NCBI GenBank assembly: GCA_044342925.1
Contig: JBIIOV010000001.1
Direction: 5' to 3' (one strand)
From: Mycobacterium sp.
GTDB lineage: Bacteria; Actinomycetota; Actinomycetes; Mycobacteriales; Mycobacteriaceae
DNA: 64,000 nt
Shown here: one piece after another, positions 21,745-30,340 of the stretch
Position numbering within the stretch: the first letter of the stretch is position 1
How the letters are laid out: each line of letters begins with the position of its first letter
Position numbers and translations under genes: made by a program
The notes under the pieces: generated by a model
The model's input: only the letters and a program-made list of their open reading frames with translations
Databases searched by the model: none
What the model was told of the DNA's origin: nothing

Positions 21745-22080
21745 TCAGCCGCGGCGCTTGGTCTTGATCAGATCCAGCCGTTCCTTGAGTAGCTCCTCGA
21801 GCTCCTCGACGGACCGCCGCTCCAACAGCATGTCCCAGTGGGTGCGGGGCGGCTTGACCTTCTTCGGCTCGGGCAGGTCACCTTCGAGGAGGGTGCCCTC
21901 CAGCCCGTTGCGGCACAGCCAGGTGCCGGGAATCTCGGCGTCGTCGGCGAACGGAACCTCGAACTCCTCACCGTTCTCGGTGCGGTAACGCGCCAACTGC
22001 CGGGGCGCCAGGTCGTGGTTGCGGTCGGTCTCGTAGCTCACGGCCCCGAGCCGACTGCCCCTCAGCACACGATCAGCCAT
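21745..22080 (-). CDS. rbpA: RNA polymerase-binding protein RbpA
   Basis: 111 aa starting MADRVLRGSRLGAVSYETDRNHDLAPR, with PRTHWDMLLERRS. Near-identical to mycobacterial RbpA as I remember it. Confidence 0.95.
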   Translation of the reverse strand: MADRVLRGSRLGAVSYETDRNHDLAPRQLARYRTENGEEFEVPFADDAEIPGTWLCRNGLEGTLLEGDLPEPKKVKPPRTHWDMLLERRSVEELEELLKERLDLIKTKRRG

Positions 22081-22193
22081 GGTGATTCTCCTTGCGTAGT
22101 CGTCGGAAGAACGCGAAACCGGGGCCTGCGAGTTCCCGACGTGGCTTCCGATGATACCGGGGATCCCAAGGCCGCCGGTCTACGCTCACTGCC

Positions 22194-22523
22194 GTGACGC
22201 GCCGGACCCGACCGCAACCCTGCCGATGGTGCGGGCGCGAGGTCGCCGACGTCGGCATGGGCCGGCGGCGGCAGTACTGCCGGCAGTCCTGCCGCCAGCG
22301 CGCCTACGAGCAGCGTGCTCTGGTCAAGGGCAGTGCCGTTCCCGAGGACGCGGTGGTGCTCACCGCCGACGAGGCGGCCGAGTTGTCCGATCGGGTCTAC
22401 CAGGTCCGGTGCGCCGCCGAAGACGTAGCGACCGCGGTCGAGGAGGGCGCGCCCGCGGCTGAATTGCGCCCGTTGTGTGACGAATTGCTGCGGGTCGCCA
22501 AGGCCGCCGACGGCTGGCGCTGA
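22194..22523 (+). CDS. Hypothetical protein with N-terminal CxxC...CxxxC zinc-ribbon-like motif
   Basis: 109-aa ORF (PCRWCGREV...YCRQSCRQRAYEQR). GTG start has TACGCT (TANNNT) 7 nt upstream, which fits a leaderless transcript. Confidence 0.55.
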   Translation: MTRRTRPQPCRWCGREVADVGMGRRRQYCRQSCRQRAYEQRALVKGSAVPEDAVVLTADEAAELSDRVYQVRCAAEDVATAVEEGAPAAELRPLCDELLRVAKAADGWR

Positions 22524-22628
22524 CGGCTGTGGTGCTTGCCACACCCGCCGGACAACGGCCACGACGCCTCCGCGACGTAATATTCAGCAAACAAATCTCC
22601 ATGCCGGAAATCCGGCGGTGAAGGAGCA

Positions 22629-22919
22629 GTGCACATGAAGCGTTCGACGCGACGACTTCTCGCCCCCGCGGCGGCGGTGGCCCTGGGTGGCCTCGGATTC
22701 GCGGTGCAGACGGTCGAGCCGGCCGGCGGCGCGAGCGCAGACACCTGCGTCCAGGTCGGTAACCAGGCCAACTTCAGCACCTGCGCCGACCTGACCGACG
22801 TCGTCGGCGAGATCATGACCCCCGGCCGCCCCGACCGCGGGCCGGGCAATCTGACTCCCAACATGTACTCCTGCCTTGGCTGGGACGGGCAGTGGGTGAA
22901 CGCCGACAGCTGCACGTAG
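22629..22919 (+). CDS. Small secreted Cys-containing protein, unknown function
   Basis: 96-aa ORF with signal peptide KRSTRRLLAPAAAVALGGLGFAV and 4 Cys. GGTGAAGGAG Shine-Dalgarno upstream. Start is ATG 22629 or 22635. Confidence 0.5.
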   Translation: MHMKRSTRRLLAPAAAVALGGLGFAVQTVEPAGGASADTCVQVGNQANFSTCADLTDVVGEIMTPGRPDRGPGNLTPNMYSCLGWDGQWVNADSCT

Positions 22920-22929
22920 CGGCGAGGCG

Positions 22930-22955
22930 ATTCCGTCCGGACAGCGACGGAATTT
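22930..22955 (+). terminator. Hairpin plus short T run after the small secreted-protein gene
   Basis: ATTCCGTC (22930-37) pairs with GACGGAAT (22946-53). 8-nt loop, followed by TT. Confidence 0.35.
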
Positions 22956-23273
22956 GCAATCCTGCGGTGGAGTTCCAGCACTCCCCGATAAGTTGTGATC
23001 AGGTGCAAGCAGCGCGACCGTCAGACGGTTTGTTCTCGGTCGAAAGGCGCCCCTTGTCTGGTACCTCAAACGTGCACGGTCCCCTGTGGCGCTGGCTCGG
23101 GCCGGTCCTCATCGGAATTCTCTTGGTCGTCTTGGCAATCCTCGAGTCGCTGCAGGTGCGCCATCACAGCGACGCGGAGCCGCAATCGCTCGGCGTGCCC
23201 ACTCCGTCGTCGGCCGCCGAACAGGCCGGGTCGCCGTAGCGCTACTTGGAGACGAAGCGCGTCCGCGGTGACG

Positions 23274-23643
23274 TCATTGCCGATCCCGCTTTGCCATCCT
23301 GGAGATCACCAAGGCCAACTCCGCCTCGCCCACCACCGCGACTTCGGAAAGGGGGGTGCGCGTGACCGAATCCGGATCAGTAACGGAATTGCCGGGCTTG
23401 ACGAAAACCAGCGCCTCATCCATATCGGGTGAGAAACCGTCAAGGCCCGCATAGTTGATGGCAACGCAGACGACTTTTTCCGGGCTTGCACGGTGCGTGC
23501 AGGCGGACTCCGTTAATGGGGCGACAACTTTGTCCGGCGTCCCAGGCGCCGAGGACGTCTCCATTCAGAAGGCGCACGTGGGCGCCATCGACGACACCCC
23601 ACGCCTCGTCATGGTCTGCGTAAGAAAAGCGAAGAATACGCAC
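23274..23643 (-). pseudogene. Fumarylacetoacetate hydrolase (FAH)-family gene remnant, frameshifted and 3'-truncated
   Basis: Two overlapping minus-strand ORFs in different frames read as one FAH N-terminus. MRILRFSYADHDEAWGVVDGAHVRLL...VRLHAPCKPGK is followed, after a frame change near 23475, by VVCVAINYAG...ALVFVKPGNSVTDP...VAVVGEAELALVISRMAKR, then stop. The catalytic C-terminal half is absent. Confidence 0.6.
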
Positions 23644-23913
23644 GTGTTCAAGCTATGGATTTCGTTTATCCACCGCAGCACTTCCGAGGTGCGTGTCGGG
23701 TTAGAAGGCGTCGCAACACATCGGAGCCGTCCGAGGCCAGCACGCGCTGCGCGTTGGAAAATCTTGCTTCGAAATACTGCGGTCGGGTCCGGCGATCCTT
23801 TATTGTCGTAGAATTCAGTCAATTGACTGACTGAGTTAGGAGCTTCGCATGGTTGTACAGCTTGACGATGAGGTCAGGCTGGCGGCCGTCGTCCGGACCA
23901 TCTTGGGTCAGTC

Positions 23914-24213
23914 GTGCGTGTATCAGAGCTCTGGTTAATACCGATAGTGGCTGTCGCGGCAACGGCTGTTGGACTTGCCACCGCAGGGCCGGCGGTCGCG
24001 GCCGATGACCAGTTGATTGAGGACCTGGTAGAGCTCGCCGACCTCATCCCCGACGACGAGCTTTGCCACTCGGCGACGGGTAGCACGCTCTGCGCCAGTG
24101 GCGCCGTCAGGGGCAGCTTCGGGGCTCCGACCAGTGTGCCGACCTATGACTCCCGCTGCTACAAGGATGACTTGGTAACCGCACGCCGGTTAGACACGTG
24201 TGCGGCGCACTGA
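23914..24213 (+). CDS. Small secreted Cys-containing protein, unknown function
   Basis: 99-aa ORF with signal-like LIPIVAVAATAVGLATAGPAVAADD and 4 Cys. Lies in the lower-GC islet. No family recognised. Confidence 0.4.
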   Translation: MRVSELWLIPIVAVAATAVGLATAGPAVAADDQLIEDLVELADLIPDDELCHSATGSTLCASGAVRGSFGAPTSVPTYDSRCYKDDLVTARRLDTCAAH

Positions 24214-24239
24214 GTGCAGCAACGGCGGGAGAGTGTCGG

Positions 24240-24313
24240 TGCCCTCGGTGAGATTCGAACTCACACTGCACGGGTTTTGAATCCGTTTCCTCTGCCAGTT
24301 GGGATACGAGGGC
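24240..24313 (-). tRNA. tRNA, anticodon CAA (Leu by anticodon and A73), unusually with a 5-nt variable loop
   Basis: Minus-strand sequence: GCCCTCG TA TCC CAACTGGCAGA GGA A ACGGA TTCAAAA CCCGT GCAGT GTGAG TTCGAAT CTCAC CGAGGGC A. The 7-bp acceptor and 5-bp T stem are perfect, and the T loop is TTCGAAT. The D arm is Leu-like (3 bp + 11 nt). There is an A31/C39 mismatch. Confidence 0.75.
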
Positions 24314-24398
24314 GCTTCGCGGTGTGCGGTGTCCCACGATAGTGGAAACGCCACCGCCCCGGTTCGCCGCCCGCGGTGGGCCACGACACAATGGCCGC

Positions 24399-25046
24399 AT
24401 GACTGGCCGAACGACTGGGACTGAGACTGGCTCTGGGACCGACTCCGACCGGCGCCCGCGGGTGCTCATCGCCGAGGACGAGGCGCTGATCCGCCTGGAC
24501 CTCGCCGAGATGCTGCGCGAGGAGGGCTACCAGGTGGTCGGCGAGGCCGGCGACGGCCAGGAGGCGGTGGAGTTGGCCGAGAGCCTGCGCCCGGACCTGG
24601 TGATCATGGACGTCAAGATGCCCCGCCGTGACGGCATCGACGCTGCCGCCGAGATCGCCGCCAAGCGGATCGCCCCGGTGGTCGTGCTGACCGCGTTCAG
24701 CCAGCGCGACCTGGTGGAGAAGGCCCGCGACGCCGGAGCGATGGCGTACCTGGTCAAGCCCTTCTCGATCACCGACCTGGTGCCGGCCATCGAGGTAGCT
24801 GTCAGCCGGTTCGCCGAGATCATGCAGCTGGAAAAGGAAGTCGCCGATTTGGGGGACCGGCTGGAAACCCGGAAACTGATCGAGCGCGCCAAGGGTCTGC
24901 TGCAGGCCAAACACTCGATGACCGAACCCGAGGCGTTCAGCTGGATGCAGCGGGCGGCGATGGATCGGCGCACCTCCATGAAACGGGTCGCCGAGGTCGT
25001 TCTGGAGACCCTGCAGGCGCCGGACGAATCGGCGTCGCCGCACTGA
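24399..25046 (+). CDS. pdtaR: ANTAR-domain response regulator PdtaR
   Basis: ATG 24399 lies within track ORF 24324..25046. RVLIAEDEALIRLDLAEML...VIMDVKMPRRDG (receiver domain) and LETRKLIERAKGLLQ...MDRRTSMKRVAE (ANTAR domain) are present. Confidence 0.93.
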   Translation: MTGRTTGTETGSGTDSDRRPRVLIAEDEALIRLDLAEMLREEGYQVVGEAGDGQEAVELAESLRPDLVIMDVKMPRRDGIDAAAEIAAKRIAPVVVLTAFSQRDLVEKARDAGAMAYLVKPFSITDLVPAIEVAVSRFAEIMQLEKEVADLGDRLETRKLIERAKGLLQAKHSMTEPEAFSWMQRAAMDRRTSMKRVAEVVLETLQAPDESASPH

Positions 25047-25186
25047 CCCGGCCGGTCAGCGCGGCGTTTCGCAGGGGGATGACGCGCGGTTCGGCCGGTA
25101 GTTGGCTATGTTCTACCGGAAGCGTCGACGGTGGGGTAAGTTTCGCGGCCCTGCCGGATGGTGGACAACAACCCGGAGGTGTAAAC

Positions 25187-26434
25187 GTGCGCGGTCGTGC
25201 GACACGGAGTGCAATCGCAGCGAGTTCGGCGGCCCTGGTGATGCTGGGGATCTCCGCCTGCAGCCAGCCCGCCCCGAGCAATGAGTCCTCAAAGGGCAGC
25301 AGTGCGTCCTCGGCTGAGGCCGCCGCGCCCGTCGATCTGAAGATCGTCGAGCAGGTGCAGGTGGACCCGGACGGTAAAGAGGTCACGCCGCCGGCCGGTG
25401 TGACTGCGGCCGACCCGGCCGGTGACGGCAAGGCCACCTGCGCGCCGGTGAAGATCGCCATGGCCGGTGCCCTCAACGGCCCGGACGCCGCGCTCGGCAT
25501 CAACATCAAGAACGGCGTGCAGCTGGCGCTGGACAAGCACAACGCCGCCAACCCCGGCTGCCAGATCGAGCTGCGCACCTTCGACACCGAAGGCGACCCG
25601 CAGAAGGCCACCGCGATCGCCCCGCAGATCGTCGACGACCAGTCGATCATCGGCCTGGTGGGTCCGGCGTTCTCCGGTGAGACCAAGGCCACCGGCGGTG
25701 TGTTCGACCAGGCCGGCCTGATGTCCGTCACCGCCTCGGCCACCAACGTCGCGCTGTCCGAGCAGGGCTGGAAGACCTTCCTGCGCGGTCTGGCCAACGA
25801 CGGCGTGCAGGGCCCCTCGGTGGCCAACTACCTGAAGAACACCATCGGCGACAAGAAGATCTGTGTCGTCGACGACAGCACCGACTACGGCACCGGCCTG
25901 GCCAAGGCCGTCCGCGACACCCTCGGTGAGGTGGCCGACGCCGGCTGCAACATCTCGGTCAAGAAGGGCGACAAGGATTTCTCCGCCGCCGTGACCCAGG
26001 TGAAGGGTCAGTCGCCGGATTCGGTGTTCTACAGCGGCTACTACTCCGAGGCCGCGCCGTTCGTGCAGCAGCTGCGCGACGCCGGCTTCACCGGCAAGTT
26101 CGTCAGCGCCGACGGCACCAAGGATCCCGAGTTCGTCAAGCAGGCCGGGTCCGCCTCGAAGGACGCGATCCTGTCTTGCCCGTGCGCGCCGGCCAGCGGA
26201 GCGTTCGCCGACGAGTACACCAAGAAGTTCGGCCAGGCCCCCGGCACCTACAGCGCCGAGGGCTACGACCTGGGCACCATCCTGGCCAAGGGCGTCGACT
26301 CGGGCGCCGTCACCCGCGAGGCGCTGCTGGACTTCACCAAGAAGTACGACGGCCAGGGCGTCGCGCGCAGGTACCAGTGGACCGACACCGGCGAGCTCAC
26401 CAACACCCTGATCTGGATCTACAAGGTCCAGTAG
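25187..26434 (+). CDS. Branched-chain amino acid ABC transporter substrate-binding lipoprotein (LivJ/K-like)
   Basis: GTG 25187 follows GGAGG. Signal and lipobox-like sequence AALVMLGISAC. Type I periplasmic binding fold motifs are present (VKIAMAGALNGPDAALG, GLVGPAFSG). Confidence 0.85.
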   Translation: MRGRATRSAIAASSAALVMLGISACSQPAPSNESSKGSSASSAEAAAPVDLKIVEQVQVDPDGKEVTPPAGVTAADPAGDGKATCAPVKIAMAGALNGPDAALGINIKNGVQLALDKHNAANPGCQIELRTFDTEGDPQKATAIAPQIVDDQSIIGLVGPAFSGETKATGGVFDQAGLMSVTASATNVALSEQGWKTFLRGLANDGVQGPSVANYLKNTIGDKKICVVDDSTDYGTGLAKAVRDTLGEVADAGCNISVKKGDKDFSAAVTQVKGQSPDSVFYSGYYSEAAPFVQQLRDAGFTGKFVSADGTKDPEFVKQAGSASKDAILSCPCAPASGAFADEYTKKFGQAPGTYSAEGYDLGTILAKGVDSGAVTREALLDFTKKYDGQGVARRYQWTDTGELTNTLIWIYKVQ

Positions 26435-26447
26435 CGCACTTCACGAG

Positions 26448-26486
26448 GCGCGTCCGGGGCCGGGAACCGTCCGGCCCCGGACGCGC
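26448..26486 (+). terminator. Perfect 16-bp GC hairpin between the binding-protein gene and permease genes (intra-operon attenuator/stabiliser candidate)
   Basis: gcgcgtccggggccgg (26448-63), loop gaaccgt, ccggccccggacgcgc (26471-86). No T tract follows. Confidence 0.5.
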
Positions 26487-26524
26487 TCTCGTCGAAGGAC
26501 GGATGCAAGGAGCTCAGCGGGCAG

Positions 26525-27574
26525 ATGATCAACGAGTGCCTCACCAATCTCGGGGGCCACTACGCCTGCCTCGCCGGTGACATCGGTTTCAACGTCGAGA
26601 ACCTGCGAAACGGCTTCTGGCAGTTCACCATCGACGGCCTGGCCTGGGGCGCGATCTACGCGCTGGTGGCGGTCGGCTACACCCTGGTCTTCGGTGTGCT
26701 GCGGCTGATCAACTTCGCGCACTCCGAGATCTTCATGCTCGGCATGTTCGGGGCGTATTTCTGCCTCGACATGATCCTCGGGTTCACCCCCAGCGGTAAC
26801 GCCTACAACCGCGGGGTCGGACTCACCGTGCTCTACATCGGCGTGGCCATGCTGTTCGCCATGGCCGTGTCAGGAACGGCCGCAATCGGTTTGGAGGCCG
26901 TCGCCTACCGGCCGCTGCGCAAGCGCAATGCCCGTTCGCTGACGTTCCTCATCACCGCCATCGGCATGTCCTTCGTACTGCAGGAGTTCGTCCACTTCGT
27001 GCTGCCCAAGATCATCAAGGGCTACGGCGGCAGCAACGCGCAACAGCCGATCATCCTGGTGCAGCCCAAGACCCAGTTCCACATCTTCGGGGCGACGGTG
27101 TCCAACGTGACGCTGGTGATCGTCGCCTCCGCGCTGGTGCTGGCGCTGCTGACCGATCTGGCCATCAACCGGACGAAGTTCGGCCGCGGCATCCGCGCGG
27201 TGGCCCAGGATCCCGTCACCGCCACCCTGATGGGCGTCTCGCGGGAACGGATCATCATGCGCACGTTCCTCATCGGCGGAATGCTGGCCGGCGCCGCGGC
27301 GGTGCTCTACACACTGCGGGTTCCGCAGGGCATCATCTACTCCGGCGGTTTCCTGCTGGGCATCAAAGCGTTCTCGGCGGCGGTGCTGGGCGGTATCGGC
27401 AACGTGCGCGGGGCACTGCTGGGCGGCCTGATCCTCGGTGTGATGGAGAACTACGGCCAGGCCCTGCTGGGCACCCAGTGGCGTGACGTCGTCGCCTTCG
27501 TCCTGTTGGTTGTGGTGCTGCTGGTCCGGCCCACCGGCATCCTCGGCGAGAGCCTCGGGAAGGCCCGAGCATGA
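26525..27574 (+). CDS. livH: Branched-chain amino acid ABC permease (LivH-type)
   Basis: 349-aa polytopic ORF with GAIYALVAVGYTLVFGVLRLINFAHSE, typical of LivH. AAGGAG lies 12 nt upstream. Confidence 0.88.
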   Translation: MINECLTNLGGHYACLAGDIGFNVENLRNGFWQFTIDGLAWGAIYALVAVGYTLVFGVLRLINFAHSEIFMLGMFGAYFCLDMILGFTPSGNAYNRGVGLTVLYIGVAMLFAMAVSGTAAIGLEAVAYRPLRKRNARSLTFLITAIGMSFVLQEFVHFVLPKIIKGYGGSNAQQPIILVQPKTQFHIFGATVSNVTLVIVASALVLALLTDLAINRTKFGRGIRAVAQDPVTATLMGVSRERIIMRTFLIGGMLAGAAAVLYTLRVPQGIIYSGGFLLGIKAFSAAVLGGIGNVRGALLGGLILGVMENYGQALLGTQWRDVVAFVLLVVVLLVRPTGILGESLGKARA

Positions 27575-28746
27575 CCCACCGCACCGCTGAGCACCTGCTG
27601 GCACCCGGCGACACCCTGCGGCGGTGGTGGTCGGAGCGCACCCGCGTCCAGAAGTGGGGCTTCGGGGTGCTGGCGTTCGGCGCCCTGGCACTGCTGCCGC
27701 TCTACACCCCGCCGTTCCTCGACACCCCCGGCATCAGCTTCGGCGGCACCATGGCCCAGTTCGCGATGGTGGCGATCATCGCGATCGGCCTCAATGTCGT
27801 TGTCGGGCAAACCGGTCTGCTCGACCTCGGCTACGTCGGCTTCTACGCCGTCGGTGCCTACACGGTGGCACTGCTGACCAGCCCGGACAGCGTCCTGAAC
27901 AGAGTCGGCGAGGGCGGCCTGGATGCGAAGTGGGCGTGGCTGGCCTGCGTGCCGATCGCGATGGTGGTGACCGCGCTGGCCGGCCTGATCCTGGGCATCC
28001 CGACGCTGCGGCTGCGCGGCGACTACCTGGCCATCGTCACCCTCGGCTTCGGCGAGATCATCCGGTTGCTCGCCGACAACCTCGCCGGAGTCACCAACGG
28101 CCCGCGCGGCCTCAATCAGGTGGCCTACCCGCGCGTCGGAGTCTCCGAGGAACTGCCCAACGGGGTGTTCTCCAGCGGCAACTCCTCGGGTGCGGCCAAC
28201 TACGGCACCTGGTGGTTCTGGCTGGGTCTGGCGTTGATGGTGGGAATCCTGCTGCTGGTCGGCAACCTCGAGCGCAGCCGGGTCGGCCGGGCGTGGGTGG
28301 CCATCCGCGAGGATGAGGACGCCGCGGAAGTGATGGGCGTCAACACCTTTCGTTTCAAGCTCTGGGCATTCGTCATCGGGGCGGCCATCGGCGGGCTGTC
28401 CGGCGCGCTGTACGCCGGGCAGGTGCAGTACGTCGCCCCGCCGACGTTCAACATCATCAACTCCATGCTGTTCCTGTCCGCGGTGGTGCTCGGCGGACAG
28501 GGCAACAAGCTGGGCGTGATCTTCGGCGCGTTCGTCATCGTCTACCTGCCCAACCGGCTGCTCGGCGTGCAGTTCATGGGCCTCAACCTCGGCGACCTGA
28601 AATACCTGTTCTTCGGCCTGGCCCTGGTGGTGCTGATGATCTTCCGGCCCCAGGGCCTGTTCCCGGTGCGTCAGCAGTTGCTCGCCTACGGCAGGTCCGC
28701 GCGGGAGCTGCTGGCCCGTGCCGATCCGCGTAAGGCCGCCTCATGA
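27571..28746 (+). CDS. livM: Branched-chain amino acid ABC permease (LivM-type)
   Basis: 391-aa polytopic ORF with GQTGLLDLGYVGFYAVGAY and PTLRLRGDYLAIVTLGFGEI. ATGA overlap with livH. Confidence 0.88.
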   Translation: MTHRTAEHLLAPGDTLRRWWSERTRVQKWGFGVLAFGALALLPLYTPPFLDTPGISFGGTMAQFAMVAIIAIGLNVVVGQTGLLDLGYVGFYAVGAYTVALLTSPDSVLNRVGEGGLDAKWAWLACVPIAMVVTALAGLILGIPTLRLRGDYLAIVTLGFGEIIRLLADNLAGVTNGPRGLNQVAYPRVGVSEELPNGVFSSGNSSGAANYGTWWFWLGLALMVGILLLVGNLERSRVGRAWVAIREDEDAAEVMGVNTFRFKLWAFVIGAAIGGLSGALYAGQVQYVAPPTFNIINSMLFLSAVVLGGQGNKLGVIFGAFVIVYLPNRLLGVQFMGLNLGDLKYLFFGLALVVLMIFRPQGLFPVRQQLLAYGRSARELLARADPRKAAS

Positions 28747-29579
28747 CCGAGCCGATCATCGACGAGCAGATGGCCGCGCTGACCCGCGAGGTGGGTGTCG
28801 CCGAGGGCGAGACCCTGCTGCAGGCCACCGATCTCACCGTGAAATTCGGCGGCCTGACCGCTCTGGATGCGGTGAACTTCTCGATCAGACGCGGCGAGAT
28901 CCTCGGCCTGATCGGACCGAACGGCGCCGGCAAGACCACGTGCTTCAACGCCATGACCGGCGTCTACCGGCCGACCTCGGGCACCGTGGTGTTCGACGGC
29001 CAGCGGCTGGGCAAGATGAAGCGCCACCAGATCACCCGGCTTGGCATAGCCCGAACCTTCCAGAACATCCGGCTGTGGGGCGAGATGACCGCGCTGGAGA
29101 ACGTCGTCGTCGGCACCGACGCCCGGCATCACACCTCGGTGCCTGGCGCCCTGGTGCGCAGCCCCCGGCACCGGCGGGAAGAGCGCACCGCCATCGAAAA
29201 GGCCGCCGCCCTGCTGCAATTCGTCGGCATCGCCCATCGCGGCGAGGAGAAGGCCAAGAACCTGCCCTACGGCGACCAGCGGCGGTTGGAGATCGCCCGG
29301 GCGCTGGCCACCGAGCCCAAGCTGCTGTGCCTGGACGAGCCCGCCGCCGGGTTCAACCCGAGCGAGAAGGCCGCGCTGATCGAGCTGATCCACGCCATCC
29401 GCGACGACGGCTACACCGTGCTGCTGATCGAGCACGACATGCGGCTGGTCATGGGAGTCACCGACCGTATCGTGGTGCTGGAGTTCGGCCGCAAGATCGC
29501 CGACGGCCTGCCCGCCGACATCCGAGAGGATCCCGCGGTGATCGCCGCCTACCTGGGAGTGCCCGATGACGAACTCTGA
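28743..29579 (+). CDS. livG: ABC transporter ATP-binding protein (LivG-type)
   Basis: Walker A GPNGAGKTT, signature LPYGDQRRLEIARAL, Walker B LLCLDEPAAG. Confidence 0.9.
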   Translation: MTEPIIDEQMAALTREVGVAEGETLLQATDLTVKFGGLTALDAVNFSIRRGEILGLIGPNGAGKTTCFNAMTGVYRPTSGTVVFDGQRLGKMKRHQITRLGIARTFQNIRLWGEMTALENVVVGTDARHHTSVPGALVRSPRHRREERTAIEKAAALLQFVGIAHRGEEKAKNLPYGDQRRLEIARALATEPKLLCLDEPAAGFNPSEKAALIELIHAIRDDGYTVLLIEHDMRLVMGVTDRIVVLEFGRKIADGLPADIREDPAVIAAYLGVPDDEL

Positions 29580-30333
29580 GACGCCGGCGATGAGCGTCTC
29601 GCGCGAAGAGCAGACCCCTCTGCTCGAAGTCCGCGACGTCAAAGTCAACTACGGCAAAATCGAAGCACTACACGGTGTCTCGCTGGTGGTACGGGCGGGG
29701 GAGCTGGTCACCCTGCTGGGCTCCAACGGCGCCGGCAAGACCACCCTGATGCGCGCCATCTCCGGGCTGCGTCCGCTGGCGGCGGGCTCCATCTGGTTCG
29801 ACGGCCGCGACATCACCCGGGTCAAAGCCCACCTGCGGGCCATCGACGGTCTGGTGCAGGCCCCGGAGGGCCGGGGGGTGTTCCCCGGCATGACGGTGAC
29901 CGAGAACCTCGAAATGGGCTGTTACGGAAGGAAGTTCGACTCCAAGGCCGAGCACGACGAGCGGCTGGACTGGGTGTTCCAGACGTTTCCGCGGCTGGCC
30001 GAGCGTCGCAAGCAGGTGGGTGGCACGCTGTCCGGCGGCGAGCAGCAGATGCTGGCGATCGGGCGGGCGCTGATGGCGAGGCCCCGGGTGCTGCTGCTCG
30101 ACGAACCGTCGATGGGCCTTGCCCCCATGGTGATCTCGCAGATCTTCGGCATCATCGCCGACATCAACGCCCGTGGCACCACGGTGCTGCTGGTCGAGCA
30201 GAACGCCCAGCAGGCGCTGAGCCGATCCGACCGCGCCTACATCCTGGAAACCGGCGCCGTCACCCGCACCGGGCCGGCGCGTGAACTGCTCGCCGACGAC
30301 AGCGTCCGCGCGGCGTACCTGGGTGTCGCTTAG
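29566..30333 (+). CDS. livF: ABC transporter ATP-binding protein (LivF-type)
   Basis: Walker A GSNGAGKTT, signature LSGGEQQMLAIGRAL, Walker B LLLDEPSMGL. An alternative start at ATG 29587 is possible. Confidence 0.9.
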   Translation: MTNSETPAMSVSREEQTPLLEVRDVKVNYGKIEALHGVSLVVRAGELVTLLGSNGAGKTTLMRAISGLRPLAAGSIWFDGRDITRVKAHLRAIDGLVQAPEGRGVFPGMTVTENLEMGCYGRKFDSKAEHDERLDWVFQTFPRLAERRKQVGGTLSGGEQQMLAIGRALMARPRVLLLDEPSMGLAPMVISQIFGIIADINARGTTVLLVEQNAQQALSRSDRAYILETGAVTRTGPARELLADDSVRAAYLGVA

Positions 30334-30340
30334 CAGGCAG

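Noticed and set aside
23565-23822. 85-aa minus-strand ORF upstream of the FAH remnant
   Set aside because: Overlaps the FAH N-terminal fragment in another frame. No signal, motif or SD. It lies in the decayed islet.
22920-24240. Integrated mobile element or prophage at the tRNA
   Set aside because: No integrase, recombinase, transposase or phage-like ORF is present. I could not find a direct repeat of the tRNA 3' end. It is reported only as an eroded islet or breakpoint.
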